From assembly GCA_028826165.1 (NCBI GenBank), contig JAPDFW010000076.1, positions 186,001 to 250,000 of the forward strand: a stretch of DNA of 64,000 bases, given 5' to 3'. This document shows positions 11,355 to 24,945 of the stretch, piece after piece (position 1 is the first letter of the stretch; the number at the start of each line of letters is the position of its first letter). The DNA comes from Anaeramoeba ignava BMAN. Its lineage: Eukaryota; Protista; Anaeramoebae. Position numbers and translations under genes: made by a program. The notes beneath the pieces were generated by a model. That model searched no databases, was not told the DNA's origin, and saw nothing but the letters and a program-made list of their open reading frames with translations.

Positions 11355-14080
11355 GATTAAATAGATTAATAAATTGGATTAATAAATTGATTAATAAATT
11401 AGATTAATAAATTAGATTAATAAATTAGATTAATAAATTAATTAATAAATTTGATTAATAAATTAGATTAATAAATTAGATTAATAAATTAGATTAATAA
11501 ATTGATTAATAAATTAGATTAATAAATTGAATTAATAAATTGAATTAATAAATTGAATTAATAAATTGAATTAATAAATTGGATTAATAAATTAGATTAA
11601 TAAATTAGATTAATAAATTGGATTAATAAATTGGATTAATAAATTGGATTAATAAATTTGATTAATAAATTGGATTAATAAATTAATAAATTAATAAATT
11701 GAATTAATAAATTGATTAATAAAATTGATTAATAAATTGAAAAAAAATTGATTAATAAATTCAAAAAGAAGAAGAAGAATGAGATAAATAAATTGATTAA
11801 TAAATTGGATTAATAAATTGAATTAATAAATTGGATTATTAATTAATAAATTTGATTAATAAATTGATTAATAAATTGGATTAATAAATTAGATTAATAA
11901 ATTGAATTAATAAATTGAATTAATAAATTGAATAATAAATTGATTAATAAAAATTAAATTAATAAATTTGGATTAATAAATTAGATTAATAAATTGATTA
12001 ATAAATTGGATTAATAAATTGATTAATAAATTGGATTAATAAATTAGATTAATAAATTGGATTAATAAATTGATTAATAAATTGAATTAATAAATTGAAT
12101 TAATAAATTGAATTAATAAATTGAATTAATAAATTGGATTAATAAATTGGATTAATAAATTAATAAATTGATTAATAAATTGATTAATAAATTGATTAAT
12201 AAATTGAATTAATAAATTGGATTAATAAATTGAAATTGATTAATAAATTGAATTAATAAATTGATTAATAAATTGGATTAATAAATTGGATTAATAAATT
12301 AGATTAATAAATTGGATTAATAAATTGGATTAATAAATTAGATTAATAAATTAAATTGGATTAATAATAAATTAGATTAATAAATTGGATTAATAAATTT
12401 GAATAATAAAAATTAAATTAATTAATAAATTAGATTAATAAATTAAATTAATAAATTGGATTAATAAATTGATTAATAAATTGAATTAATAAATTGATTA
12501 ATAAAATGTAATTGAATTAATAAATTGGATTAATAAATTGGATTAATAAAATTAGATTAATAAATTAGATTAATAAATAAATTAGATTAATAAATTGGAA
12601 TTAATAAATTAAATTAAAAAATTGGATTAATAAATTTGATTAATAAATTGATTAAATAAATTGATTAATAAATTGGATTAATAAATTGGATTAATAAATT
12701 TGATTAATAAATAGATTAATAAATTGATTAAATAAATTTGATTAATAAATTGATTAATAAAATTGATTAATAAAATTTTTAAATTGATTAAATAAAATTG
12801 GATTAAAATTAATTAATAAATTAATTAATAAATTGAATTAATAAATTAAAAATGATTAATAAATTAGATTAATAAAATTGATTAATAAATTAAATTAATA
12901 AATTTGATTAATAAATTGATTAATAAAAATTAAATAAATTGAAAATAAAATTGATTGTAAATTAAAAATTTGATTAATAAATTTGATTTAAATTAAATTA
13001 AAAATTAAATTAAATAAAAAATAAATTAATAAAACAAAAATTAAATTATAAATAAATTAAATAAAACAAAATAAATTAAAATAAATTGATTAATAAAATT
13101 AATTAATAAATGGATTAATAAAATTGATTAATAAATTAAATTAATAAATTGGATTAATAAATTAATTAATAAATTAGATTAATAAATTTGATTAATAAAT
13201 TGATTAAATAAATTAATTAATAAATTTGATTAATAAATTGATTAATAAATTGATTAATAAATTTGATTAATAAATTGGATTAATAAATTGATTAATAAAT
13301 TGATTAATAAATTTGATTAATAAATTGGATTAATAAATTGGATTAATAAATTGGATTAATAAATTGGATTAATAAATTGGATTAATAAATTGAATTAAAT
13401 AAATTAAATAATAAAATTTAAATAAAAATTGATTAATAAATTAAATTAATAAATTGAATTTAATAAATTTGATTAATAAATTAGATTAATAAATTGATTA
13501 ATAAATTGGATTAATAAAATTGGATTAAATTAACAAATTAGATTAATAAATTGGATTAATAAATTGAATAAATAAATTTTAATTGTAAAATTAATAAATT
13601 AATTAATAAATTAACAATAAATTAGATTAATAAATTGGATTTAATAAATTGAATTAATAAATTGATTAATAAATTAGATTAATAAATTGGATTAATAAAT
13701 TGGATTAATAAATTGGATTAATAAATTAGATTAATAAATTAATTAATAAATTAGATTAATAAATTGGATTAATAAATTGGATTAATAAATTGGATTAATA
13801 AATTAGATTAATAAATTAATTAATAAATTAGATTAATAAATTTGATTAATAAATTAGATTAATAAATTGGATTAATAAATTGGATTAATAAATTGGATTA
13901 ATAAATTGAATTAATAAATTTGATTAATAAATTAGATTAATAAATTGAATTAATAAATTTGATTAATAAATTTGATTAATAAATTAGATTAATAAATTAG
14001 ATTAATAAATTGATTAATAAATTGGATTAATAAATTGGATTAATGAATGAGATTAATAAAATTGATTAATAAATTAGATT
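11355..14080. repeat. ~2.7-kb array of a 13-bp unit (ATTAATAAATTGG / ATTAATAAATTAG) between divergent genes
   Basis: Tandem repeat, roughly 200 units by length, with a degenerate middle. Confidence 0.95.
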
Positions 14081-14154
14081 AAAAGAAAAAAGCAAAATTC
14101 TTATTTTTTTTTTTAAAAATTTTTTTTTTTCATTTTTTTTTTTGCTTCTGAAAA

Positions 14155-16107
14155 ATGAAAATTAAATTCATCCTTTTTCTTATTCTCATCTCATTTCTCT
14201 TCAATTTACAAATAATTTACACAGATCCACAAGAATGCTATTCAGAAATAATTCACGCTTTTTTACTAAAAGATTTACCATATTCAAGCGAATTAAACGA
14301 TGCATCTTCATTTGTTCCAAATCGATTGGGGAATTTTGGAGAATGTGAAAATTTAACACAAATAGAAGTTGGAAGATACGTTTTAGTAACAGCAACTTTG
14401 GGATATGATGTCTTCCATTCAGGAATTTGCTTTCCTTTTAATTGTTCTTATGATGACTTAGTTGCAAACTCAGAAAATTTGGTCCAATTAATGAGTCTTC
14501 CACAAGGAACACAACTACAGTTCCAAATGTACCAGAAATTCAAGCTTTCTAAATCGGCAGGAATCATGATTGGATTCACTTCTATTCTTGCTCTTCTTGT
14601 TATTTTGGGAACCATTTTGGAATACCAAAAAAATCAAAAAGTGGAAGTTTTTCAAAAAAAATTGAATATAAATTCTCATGAAAACGAACAAAACGATGAG
14701 CAAGAAACTCTTCTTGATAAATCCAAAGATACAGATGAAAAAATTGAGTTTATTTATGAAGAAAAGAAAAAACCAAAAAAATTGTTCTTATTTTTGGCAC
14801 AATTTTCCGTTATTAAAAATTACAAGCAAATATTCACACAGCATCCATCCTCGATCAAGTTCCTGAACTTCATGAGATTCCTAAGTATGCTTTGGGTCAT
14901 ATTAGGACATACATACACAACAGGACTTGCTGTACCAGTGACGGATAATTTGCAACAATTTTCATTGTGGCTAAAAAAATTCTCTTTTCAAGTCATTCCT
15001 GGCGCTGAATTTGGTGTGGACACCTTCTTTTTTCTTGGCGGGTTTCTGATCTCCTTCCTGCTAATTTCTCATCTCGAAAAAACCAACAAACGCATGATAA
15101 ATTTCGGGAAATTCTATCTTCACAGAATAATAAGACTGCTCCCTGTCTTTACATATGTCCTGTTCTTCTCTTATACTCTTGCTCCTTATTTGGGAAATGG
15201 GCCTGTTTGGCCTCGAACCAAGAACCTGCTTGAGACGAACTGCAAGAAGTACTGGTGGACCAATATACTTTTCATCAATAATTTCTATCCCAAGTTCATG
15301 GACCAGTGCATGATGCATCTTTGGTACATTGCAGACGACTTGCAATTCTACCTCATTACCCCCTTTATTGTTCTTGCTTTCGTTAGAAAAAAGTGGATCG
15401 GATGGACAATAAGTATTTTTCTACTTGTTGTTTCTTTTATAATCTCGATTGTGCTTTCAACGCACTATAACTTGTCGCTTTCTTTTTTCAGTCCCAACAT
15501 GGAGGACTATTACAATTACTACTACGAGAAACCCTATACAAGACTTCCTTCTTATCTAGTTGGTGTTTTTTTTGCTTTTTTTCTTTCTTATTCCAAATTT
15601 AGTCCATCCAAAATCAAGCTCAGTTTTATTTTTCGATGGTCACTTTTCTTACTGGCCTTATTTTTCATTTCTGTCACAACATTTGGAACTTATTCTCTTT
15701 ACCGGAAAGTGACTTTTGATTTGAATAGTGGTGAAATTGATTGGAATTTCTGGAGTAAAACTGAGAATTGTTTTTACATCACTTTTTCAAAGTTCACTTT
15801 TTGTTTGGGATTGGCAATCCTTTCTTTCTTGTTTATGACACCCTACTTCAAATATCTGGTTAGATTTCTCTCTTCGGATGTCTGGCTTCCTTTTTCAAAA
15901 CTCACTTATTGTGCCTATGTTATTCATCCAACTCTTATTACTATTTTTAATGGAAGTAGAAGACTTCATTTTCATTATGCAACTTATGCTATGATTATTG
16001 AATATGTTACAAATGTTGTTTTTTCTTATTTCTTTGCTTTTATTATTATGATTCTTGTTGAACTTCCTTTTGCCAATTTGAAGAATGTTTTCTTTTCCAA
16101 ATTTTAA
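14155..16107 (+). CDS. NRF-6/OACYL-like acyltransferase-3 family membrane protein
   Basis: NRF-like N-terminus (LGNFGEC...GICFPFNCS); RFLSMLWVILGH, VDTFFFLGGFL, HRIIRLLP, HLWYIADDLQFY, KPYTR and VELPF motifs. Intronless. Confidence 0.9.
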   Translation: MKIKFILFLILISFLFNLQIIYTDPQECYSEIIHAFLLKDLPYSSELNDASSFVPNRLGNFGECENLTQIEVGRYVLVTATLGYDVFHSGICFPFNCSYDDLVANSENLVQLMSLPQGTQLQFQMYQKFKLSKSAGIMIGFTSILALLVILGTILEYQKNQKVEVFQKKLNINSHENEQNDEQETLLDKSKDTDEKIEFIYEEKKKPKKLFLFLAQFSVIKNYKQIFTQHPSSIKFLNFMRFLSMLWVILGHTYTTGLAVPVTDNLQQFSLWLKKFSFQVIPGAEFGVDTFFFLGGFLISFLLISHLEKTNKRMINFGKFYLHRIIRLLPVFTYVLFFSYTLAPYLGNGPVWPRTKNLLETNCKKYWWTNILFINNFYPKFMDQCMMHLWYIADDLQFYLITPFIVLAFVRKKWIGWTISIFLLVVSFIISIVLSTHYNLSLSFFSPNMEDYYNYYYEKPYTRLPSYLVGVFFAFFLSYSKFSPSKIKLSFIFRWSLFLLALFFISVTTFGTYSLYRKVTFDLNSGEIDWNFWSKTENCFYITFSKFTFCLGLAILSFLFMTPYFKYLVRFLSSDVWLPFSKLTYCAYVIHPTLITIFNGSRRLHFHYATYAMIIEYVTNVVFSYFFAFIIMILVELPFANLKNVFFSKF

Positions 16108-16276
16108 TTCAATTCAATTCAATTTTAAAAAATTTTAATTCAATTTAATTCTTTTTAAAAAATTTTAATTCAATTTAATTCTTTTGATTTAATTTTTTTA
16201 AATAAAGAAGAAGAAAAAAATAATCCAAATCCAAAAATGAAAAAAAGTTTTTTGTTTTTGTTTTTGTTTTTTAATT

Positions 16277-19200
16277 TTAATCCAATTTAAATTCAGGAAG
16301 TTGAGTTAAAGCTTTAAAAGAATCTGTGAAAATCATCTTCAAACTAAGAGAATCTTCACAAAGAGCAATTTTCTCGTTAACCTTTAAATTAACCTTTTCA
16401 AAAAGAACTTGATTAGAAAGAAGACTGTGAATATGTTTCAAAGAAACCTCAAGTTGATTACTCTCGAAATTAACTGATTCAAACATAGTATCCAAATATA
16501 AATCCTTATTTTGAATATCAACATATTCAACAGGAATTTTGCGGACATCATAAATCAATTGATGGGATTCAGGTGTTATTTTTGCGAAAAGGGTTTTCTC
16601 ATCATCAGACATTCCAAGACAAACAACAGATTGATTTTGTTTCAAATCCAAACTTGGATAATCTTCTTTGATTTTGACTTCGAAACAAGGTTGAAGAAGT
16701 CTATCCATAAATTTCTTTGTCAAAGGAATCATTTTCTCAAGAAGCGGATTGCAAACAGCCATTGGAGATTTTAAATCAAACATCATCCCATTAGCAATGC
16801 TTTGGATAACCTTAGAAATCAAGACAAGAGCACGACGCGCATCCTTATTTGGTGGCGAAGAAGCAAGACCAAAGATCTCTGGAGCAACGATTGCAGGGCA
16901 GATCAGTCGCAGAAAAACAAGCCCCGCAACAATCACGTATCGAGAACTGGGGAATTTCTCCGCTGTGATTTGGAAAAGCTTGTAATTCAGCTCTCGAAGA
17001 ACAATCGGAAAAAAATATAATGATTCAAATATTTGATTCAACATGATTTCCGAATACTCAATTAATTCAGTAATATTCTCCTTCAACTGCTCATCGCTCT
17101 CAACTTTTCCTGGATAAATCTCCAGCGTTTTGTTCGCTTCAATCACTTTCTCAAGCGGTTTTTTGATCGACATTTCCAAAAAATATTTCCCGTAAATTCC
17201 GCAAAATTCGGAGATGATCTTGATTGCTGTGCTCTTTCCCCGGAAAAGAACAGCCTCGCTTGTTGTCGACTTTATTTCTGCCTCAATGAGCTGTTTCAAT
17301 AACGGAAGGATTGGTTGTTGTACATATTCGAATATAAAAATCAAGTTTTTGCAAAGCATATCCATTTCACGAATGTTCACTTCTTCGAGTAAACAGAAAG
17401 GAAGAATCATCTGAGGAAGAAGCAAAACAACCAAAAGAGACTCTCTTTCTTGCTGGGACAATCCCGAAGATGTTGTGTCAACAGGCTTGTTTGGATCAAC
17501 GTTCTTTTGCTTTGTTTTTTTCGGTTTTTTTTGTTTTTTCGGTTTTTCGGTTTTTTTCGGTTTTTCTTTTTTTTTTGGATTTTCCGTTTTTTTGGGTTTC
17601 TTTGTTTTTGTTTCTTTGGGTTGGTGATGTTTTTCGCGGGATGGTTCCATTGTGAAGTCTCTAAGTCTGATGGGGAAAATAATATCAATATTTTCGAAAA
17701 TAACTGATTTAATTTCTTGTTCTTGAATCAAGTCAATTTTTCCATCTGAAATTTGTTGAACATTTGCAATTTCGAACCAGCGCTTGTTTTCGTCAGTAGA
17801 GCTTGCTTTCCAATAAGCTCTGGGTTTGTTATCATCATTTTTGCCGATTCTATGTCTCAACAAGTATGAAAGAACGATTTTGCGCCAGTTTTCTGTTTGT
17901 TGGAGCGCCTTTGAATAGCTCAAATATTGCTTTTTCATTGCTTCTTGTTCTTTTGGATGAATCAAAACAAGATCATTCTGATAGAATATTTTGCTGATCT
18001 CCTCCAGTTTGGTTTTGAACTCAGCGACTTGAGTATCCATCCAGTCGCGGATATTGATCAATAGGTCATATGCTTTGAATCCACTATCCAAAATATCGTT
18101 ACTAAATAGTGTGTCTATTGAAATTGGGAAATTTCTGAACAATAATATTTTTTCAAAAAATGCCATAAGATTTGTTGTTTCTTGCTCTTTGAAGCTTCCG
18201 ATCTTCGTCGGTTTTTTGTCTTGAACAATCTCGAATCCTTTACTCGTGACTTCCTTGTCGATCTTGATTTGGATGTTTTTCACAATAGAAAAATCACCAA
18301 GTTTGAGTGTATTCAGATTTTTTGTTTGGAATTTGTCAGTGAAAAATTCAACAACATTCTTGTTGATCCTCATCCACGCTTTTGTGCAACTTGTTGTGCG
18401 GAATTTGTGGTGAGGAATAAAGTAAACATATCCTTCAAAATAAACAGGGGGAGGTATTGATGAAGTAATCAAGTCGAGAAATTGTCTGTAAATAAACTGC
18501 AGAAGCGTATTTTGATCGAAAGAAAGAATTTCTGGTGTGATAATATGAATGTTTTTGCTGAAAACAAGTCCCTTTTGTGAGCTTTTCTCTGTTTTTTCGA
18601 GCGGATGAGCTGCGAAAAATTGGCTACTGTGTTCAGGATCATTCGCACCTTTCTTCTCAAAATTGCTCAAATCATCGCGATCCAAAACGAACCATTTTTC
18701 TTGGGAATAATTCAGATACGGAAGTAAATGATGAGTTGTTGATTCGCCTTGTTTTTGTTTGAATATTTGAATCTCAATGCCGCTCGGACGTTCCGAAAAG
18801 GCAAGTAAAATATCAGGATTTTTCTGCAAAAGATCCGAAAATTCAACTCTTGATATTTTATAAAGAACTCGATTTTTCCAGAGCTCCAAATGAGATATTT
18901 TTTGATAAGATAGTTGCAGTTGATGCTGAAGAGAAATGAAGGAAAACTCATCGTATTCTTGATATAACTGAAGAAGATTTTCCGAGCTTGTGTTTTCCTC
19001 TTCTTCCCTTTTGATTTCGCTTACAATCCAATGGTATATATTATATAAATAAGAAAGTAACTGGTCGTTTTTCATTTTGGAAATGCTCAAAATTGGGTGC
19101 GGAATGAGATTGAACAAAGACACGAAGTTGCGAACAATCTGGATGTAGTTGATCCAAGAATCCAATTCGCGCTCGTTGTTGGAAGTCAAGTACAACTGGG

Positions 19201-22200
19201 AATTGAGGAGTTTGAGATGAATTATGTACTTATATTTGGATTCGTTCTTTTCGTTGTTAGTATCATCATCAAACGAGATGTTGCCGAAAGTTTCCTGGCA
19301 TGAGATCTTCTTCACCATCAAGTACTTCCGTAGATCAACCACGCGAGACAGCTTCTTGGACGTGCTGGAAAGGTAAAAACAAAGAATCCATCCTCTGAAG
19401 AACCACATGCCAACTCTCCTTCTTCTTGTTTGTGATCATCACCAGATTTCCGCTGTAAGAAACGGGAATGCTCAGCAAATCCTCGTTCCTACTGGCTTCC
19501 CAATTACGCATAAATTCACTTGCCATATCAATTGCAATTTTCGCGTTTTTGGTGTTGAGATCGATTGAGTACGCGTTTCGGAATAATTTAACCGATAATT
19601 TCTTCTCCTCGTAGTTCTCGTTGCTGTTATTCAACAACATCCGATCTTCGAAAATGCTCACATTCATTGCATACTTGCGTTTTTTAGATCTCAAAAACAG
19701 CTCGTTTTGGATCTCTGTTTGAGCAATGTTGCTGTCGTCATAATAATAATTTGAATTGTCCATATTTTGATATTCTTCATTTGAAAGCACGTTGTCATTT
19801 TGCACCATTTCCCATTCCTGGAAATCCTCTGTTTGAGAGAAATCTCCGGTTGTTTCTGACCTTGAGTCCTTGGAAGTTGTATTCTGGAAATCGGGATTAT
19901 TTGTATTTTGGTTCGAATTCGTAAAAAGAGCAGATTTTTCCGAATTTGAGCGGTTAAGTTGAAATTCGCTCATGGTTTTATTTGGATCGTTTGTTTGCGA
20001 ATGGAAACTTCGTTGCTTTTGATGTCCATGAGGATTTGAAAAAGAACCCTTTTGGGAAGAGTGGGTTTGCTGGAAAATTAGTGATGAACAAGGATGAACA
20101 ATTTCCACGTGATTTGCAGGAATTTTGCCTTGATTTCCATCGTCTTTTTTGACGATCCACATTGCACTTTGGGAATCAACAAGCATCAGAAAATCATTTT
20201 CTGAAATGGACAATTCATCATTTGTTTTTGCTTGGTATTTCTCAAGACAGAACACTCTGCGTTGCAGATCGCTGTCTTCCTGTATCAATAGTCTGCACAG
20301 TCTTGAAAGAAGCGTTTTGCGCAAGTTTTGCAAAGCAGAGATCCATTCTTGGCTCTTCTCAACTTGCTCTTTTATTGATTCATCCAGTGAATTCGGATCC
20401 ATTAGTTTGGAAAGAAGATCCGATTCCTGAACAAACTCTCTTTCGAGCCAGGATATCAGTTTCAAATACCGCGGTTTGAACTGAATTAGTAACTCTTTCT
20501 GTGGAAAAAGTGGTTTTTTGAGAATGTTCACAAAATTCCTTCCAATATAAAACACATTCAACCACGACTTGAGTTCTTCTGTTGTGTCAAATCCAAATAT
20601 CCATTCCGTATCGTTTTCCGTTGTCACTCGGAAAGAATATTTCGATTCCACAATTTCCGTTGTTTTTTCGATTTTTTCAATTGCCAAAAACGTGGTGGAA
20701 ATTTTCGGCGCAGCAAGAATATCCTTTCTGTGAGAGAAAACACAGATGTCCCAGCCGTTAACAATAAGCCACTTCTTGCGCCATTTTTTGCGATGGAACC
20801 GTTTGTAAGTTTTGAAAAGATCTCCCTTTAAATACGCAAGTCCTTCTTGGAAAATTGGGATATTTTTTATAACGTCATCTGAAATTGAGTTTACGGATTG
20901 AAACCCGCTTGGTCTGGGATGAAACAAGTAGCTTTTTCTCGCACGAGAGGTTGAGAAGGCGAGGAAATTATCTGTGCGATCTAGTTGTTTCATATCCCAT
21001 CCTATTTCTGAGTGTGCCTGCAAACTTCCTTTTGTGGGTTTAGTGATTTCAACAATTTCAACGGAATCTTCCTTGACATCTCCAATGTCTTTGCCAAGTT
21101 GTGCTTTCATCCATGAATCGACTGATTTTCTGATCAGAATCATCCACTGACCCTTTTTGAATGAAATTTCGTTGTCTTTCGCCTCTTTATAACTTCTGAC
21201 AGGAAATATTCTTGTTCGATAATCATCCGGTTTTTCAATCACGCGTTTTGCTTCAGAAGCCAGGAACCTTTTCTTCCAATTTAACAAACACTGTTTTTTG
21301 GGTGTGTCTTCTGTGCCAAATTTACTTTCCATTTCTGAAATCCATTCAATGATCAAAATCAATTGTTTAGTTCTTCTTTTTAGACATGCAATTTCATAAT
21401 ACAATTTTGTCAAGCTCGCGTTATCCTGGCTATCGAACTCAACCACGACTTGGATACCGTGGAGAACAAAGAGCCATTTCTTGAGATCTTGTTCGTTTTC
21501 CACAGCAAATAGTTTGTACTCATTTTCGTTGAAACGCACCAAGAAAATATATTTGGGCTGATTTTTTCCTGAAGTGATCACACTTTGAGTTGATACAATT
21601 GATCGTGTATCAATAGCGAATATAGGATCGTTCGAAGTCTCGCTACTAAACGATCCAAAAAACCATCCACGAACAACAAACCATAATTTTTCCCATTGAT
21701 TTTTCTTGTTTCTTGTCTGCAGATATCCTTCATGATTTACTGGGAATATTTCTCTTGTCTGCTCATCCTCAATAACATTTTTAAGTAATCCCTTTGCTAT
21801 ACTTGCTTCGTTGACTTGCTTTGTACTGTCTGTTTGCGCTCTTTTCGCATCTTCTTGTTGCTGATTCTCGTTTTTTTTCGCTATTTCAAATATTGGATTC
21901 ACTGCTTTTGTTCCGCTCATTACATTCTCAACTTGAACTCCATATGAATATTTTTCAAATTGCAAATTTGTTTTGAATGAGATTAGCATTCGATTTACCG
22001 GTTGCACTATTAAAATCTTCGATCTTGGAATCAATCCACTTAATCCACCACTTGATCCCCTTAAATACTTCGCATTTTCCTCTTTCAGATTCACAAACCA
22101 TTGTCTTGATACAAATGAAAGCTCTTCCTGATTTTTTAGTGGGATGTTTGAAATGAAGGAATATCCAATCTCCTTTTCCATCAACTCAGGAAAATTGATT

Positions 22201-24858
22201 CTTGCCGAAATGGTGAGTAAATAATAGTGTACACTTTTGATAACGGATATTTGGTTTTCTGTAGCCATGATTTTTTGGCGGATGAACAACATTTGATTCG
22301 AGATATCCCGTTCTTTTTCTGTTTGTGCTGACTGCAATAAATGTATGCTTTCAATTGGTTTTTTTGCGTTTTTATTTTGATTATTATTTTCAATTTGATT
22401 TTGATTTTCAATTTGATTTTGATTCTGATTTTGATTTTCAATTTGATTTTGATTTTGATTTTGATTCTGATTTTGATTTTGATTGTGATTTTGATTCTGA
22501 TTGTCCTTGATTATCTGATATTTTGCAAGTTTTGATTCCAAATTATGATACTTATCCAAAGTCTGTTTTTCTTCAGAAAACATCCCTTCAATCCAAATTA
22601 TTAGTCGCTCTGCCTCTTCCTCATAAAAAGCTCTTTGATTGTACGGAACAGGATTTTTTGTGTTTATATTAGACAGTAAAAACAACGACACTAACCGTTT
22701 GAAATGAGTAATCCATTCTTCCATTGATTGTTTGTCAGGAGTGCAAAAATTCACTTTTGTGCTATTCATCTCCATTTGGAAAGCAAATGGTACATTTAGT
22801 TTGGCTTCTGCACTTGTGATTGAACGTATTTCTGCTGTGTGGAACGTTCTTTCCGGAATAAAATCTTCTTTTGCTCCAAAAATAAAAATGTAGAAATTTG
22901 AAATAACGACCCACTTTGTGATCCATTTAAAATTTTTGCCTTTTTTTTCCTGGATTATCAATTCTTTAGCATAAAAAATATTGAGTTGTTCGAAGATGTA
23001 TGTATTATATTGCGCCGTATTTTGGTCGTCTTTGAGATCTTTATTCGAAGTCTCCTGAACTTGATTGGTCTTGTCTGTTGGTGCTTTTGGAATAGATTGA
23101 TCCATTAAATTAGGGATTAAAAGAAGCATATTATCTGGAGTAAACCATCCAGCAACTCCATTCATTTCTCCGAACCATTCACTATCTTGATACGCCTTAA
23201 GCACTCGAATCACATCGAATTTAGAATATGAGAGACTATCTTTGCTTTGCTCGTCGCGGCTTTTTGAGTAACAAACAAGAAATTGATGTTCAGAACGATA
23301 AAGTTGAGAATGTGTTTTATAAAGTTTTCCAATCAGAAAAATCTCCCAATAGTAAATTGACTGCAGAATGTTTCTGCATGTAGTTAAGTTCTGGTTGATT
23401 TCGTTCGTTTTTGCGTTTGTTAGTTGCTTCTGCATCGCTTTGTTATCCTTTGAAATCAACCAAGTCAGCTGATTTTTTGTTTTATTAACTTCTTCTTTTA
23501 AAAAATCCAAATATGTCAAAAGTAATTTAAAAAGAACAATATCCGTTTGATCGTTTATTCGGAGATTGATTCCAAGAAATGTTTGCGATAATTTGATTGT
23601 AACAATCCATTCATTCACTTCATCTTCACTATTTACTTGAAAGAAATAGATGCGTGATTTTGTTCCAACTTCAAGAACATTTTGCTTTTTGAGTCTTTCT
23701 GTGTCTGCTTTAACAAAAATGATTTCTTTCAGGTTGATTGTTCCTTTATAATCATTGGCATTCTCATTGAAAGTTGCTTCGTTTGAGTAATAATTCAATG
23801 AACTATTCTTTAAAACTAGATATCTTTTTTGCCATATTCTTTTTTGCCAGTTTGTCCGACTTTTCCGGTATTTATATACATATGATTTTTTTTCGATTGG
23901 AATATTTTCTAATGATTCTTGTGGTATTTGTGTTAATGGGCAAAATGCAACAACTTGTTTTGGTGTTAGATTTGTGTAATCTTTCTCCATAATTTCTGTG
24001 TTTTTTTTTGAGAAATTTTTCTCGATTGATTTTTGTAATTCTGCTTGATTCATTTGGAGTGTTGGAATAGTTTGAAATTTGTGGGTTGTATCATTTTGTT
24101 GTTTTTGTTGTTTTTGAATTTCCTCGATTATTTTGTTATCTGCTGTTATTCTTATGTAATGGCCTTTTTAAATATAAATATTAATTTAAATATTAATATT
24201 AAATTTAATTTTAATTTTAATATTAATTTTAAATGTTAATTTTAATATTAATTTTAATATTAATTTTAATTTTAATTTTTAATTGTAATATTAATTTTAA
24301 TATTAATTTAAATATTAATTTTAATTATTAATTGTAATTTTAATGTTAATTTTAAGTTGGATTTTAAAAAAAAAATTTTTTTGCTTTTTTTTTATTTTTG
24401 GAATGGCAAATTTAATAAATTTTTTTGAAAAGATTATCAAAAATTAATATTATTATTATAATTATTATTTATAAAGACAAAATTAGCATCAATATTGTAA
24501 AATATTTATAAAAATTTAAATAAAAAATTGATATAATTCAAAATTTAAGATCCAACTTCTTTTTGGATTTGATTTAGTTTGTTTTTGATTTAATTTGATT
24601 GGTTTTTTAATTTATTTTGGTTTAATTTAATTTAATTTGTTTGAATTCAATGGAAATTGGAAAATTGTTTTGATTTTGTTTTTTAAATTTGATTTATTTA
24701 CGAGGAAAATATCCTTGTTTATTTGAATTTAAAGAAGTTCCTTGCCAAAATTTTTCTCCTTTATTGGTAATTTCAATAACTTCACCTCTTTTAAATGAAA
24801 GATGTGAAGGAAAAGAAGAGTAATAATCAAATAAGGCAATTCCTTTATTCGAAGTCAT
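16277..24858 (-). CDS. Giant multi-PH/multi-SH3 RasGAP (~2,700 aa); exon 1 24858-24702 (SH3), intron 24701-24164, then one long exon with two apparent 1-nt frameshifts (~24132, ~19397)
   Basis: Exon 1 encodes ALFDY...LSFKRGEVI...WQG...GYFPRHYI. Repeated PH motifs (WQKRYLVL, WEKLWFVVRGW, WRKKWLIVNGW) and SH3 motifs (YQAKTNDELSI...GKIPANHV). RasGAP arginine finger LFRGKS and signature FLRLICPAIVAP. Confidence 0.85.
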
Positions 24859-24945
24859 TTTGTAAAAAAAATGGGAAAATGAAAAATGAAAAATGAAAAA
24901 TGAAAAAAATGAAAAAAAAAAGATTTTTTGATTATTTAAATTTTC

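Noticed and set aside
11355-14080. Possible CRISPR-like or telomeric array
   Set aside because: No unique spacers, no G-rich telomere unit, internal position in a eukaryotic context.
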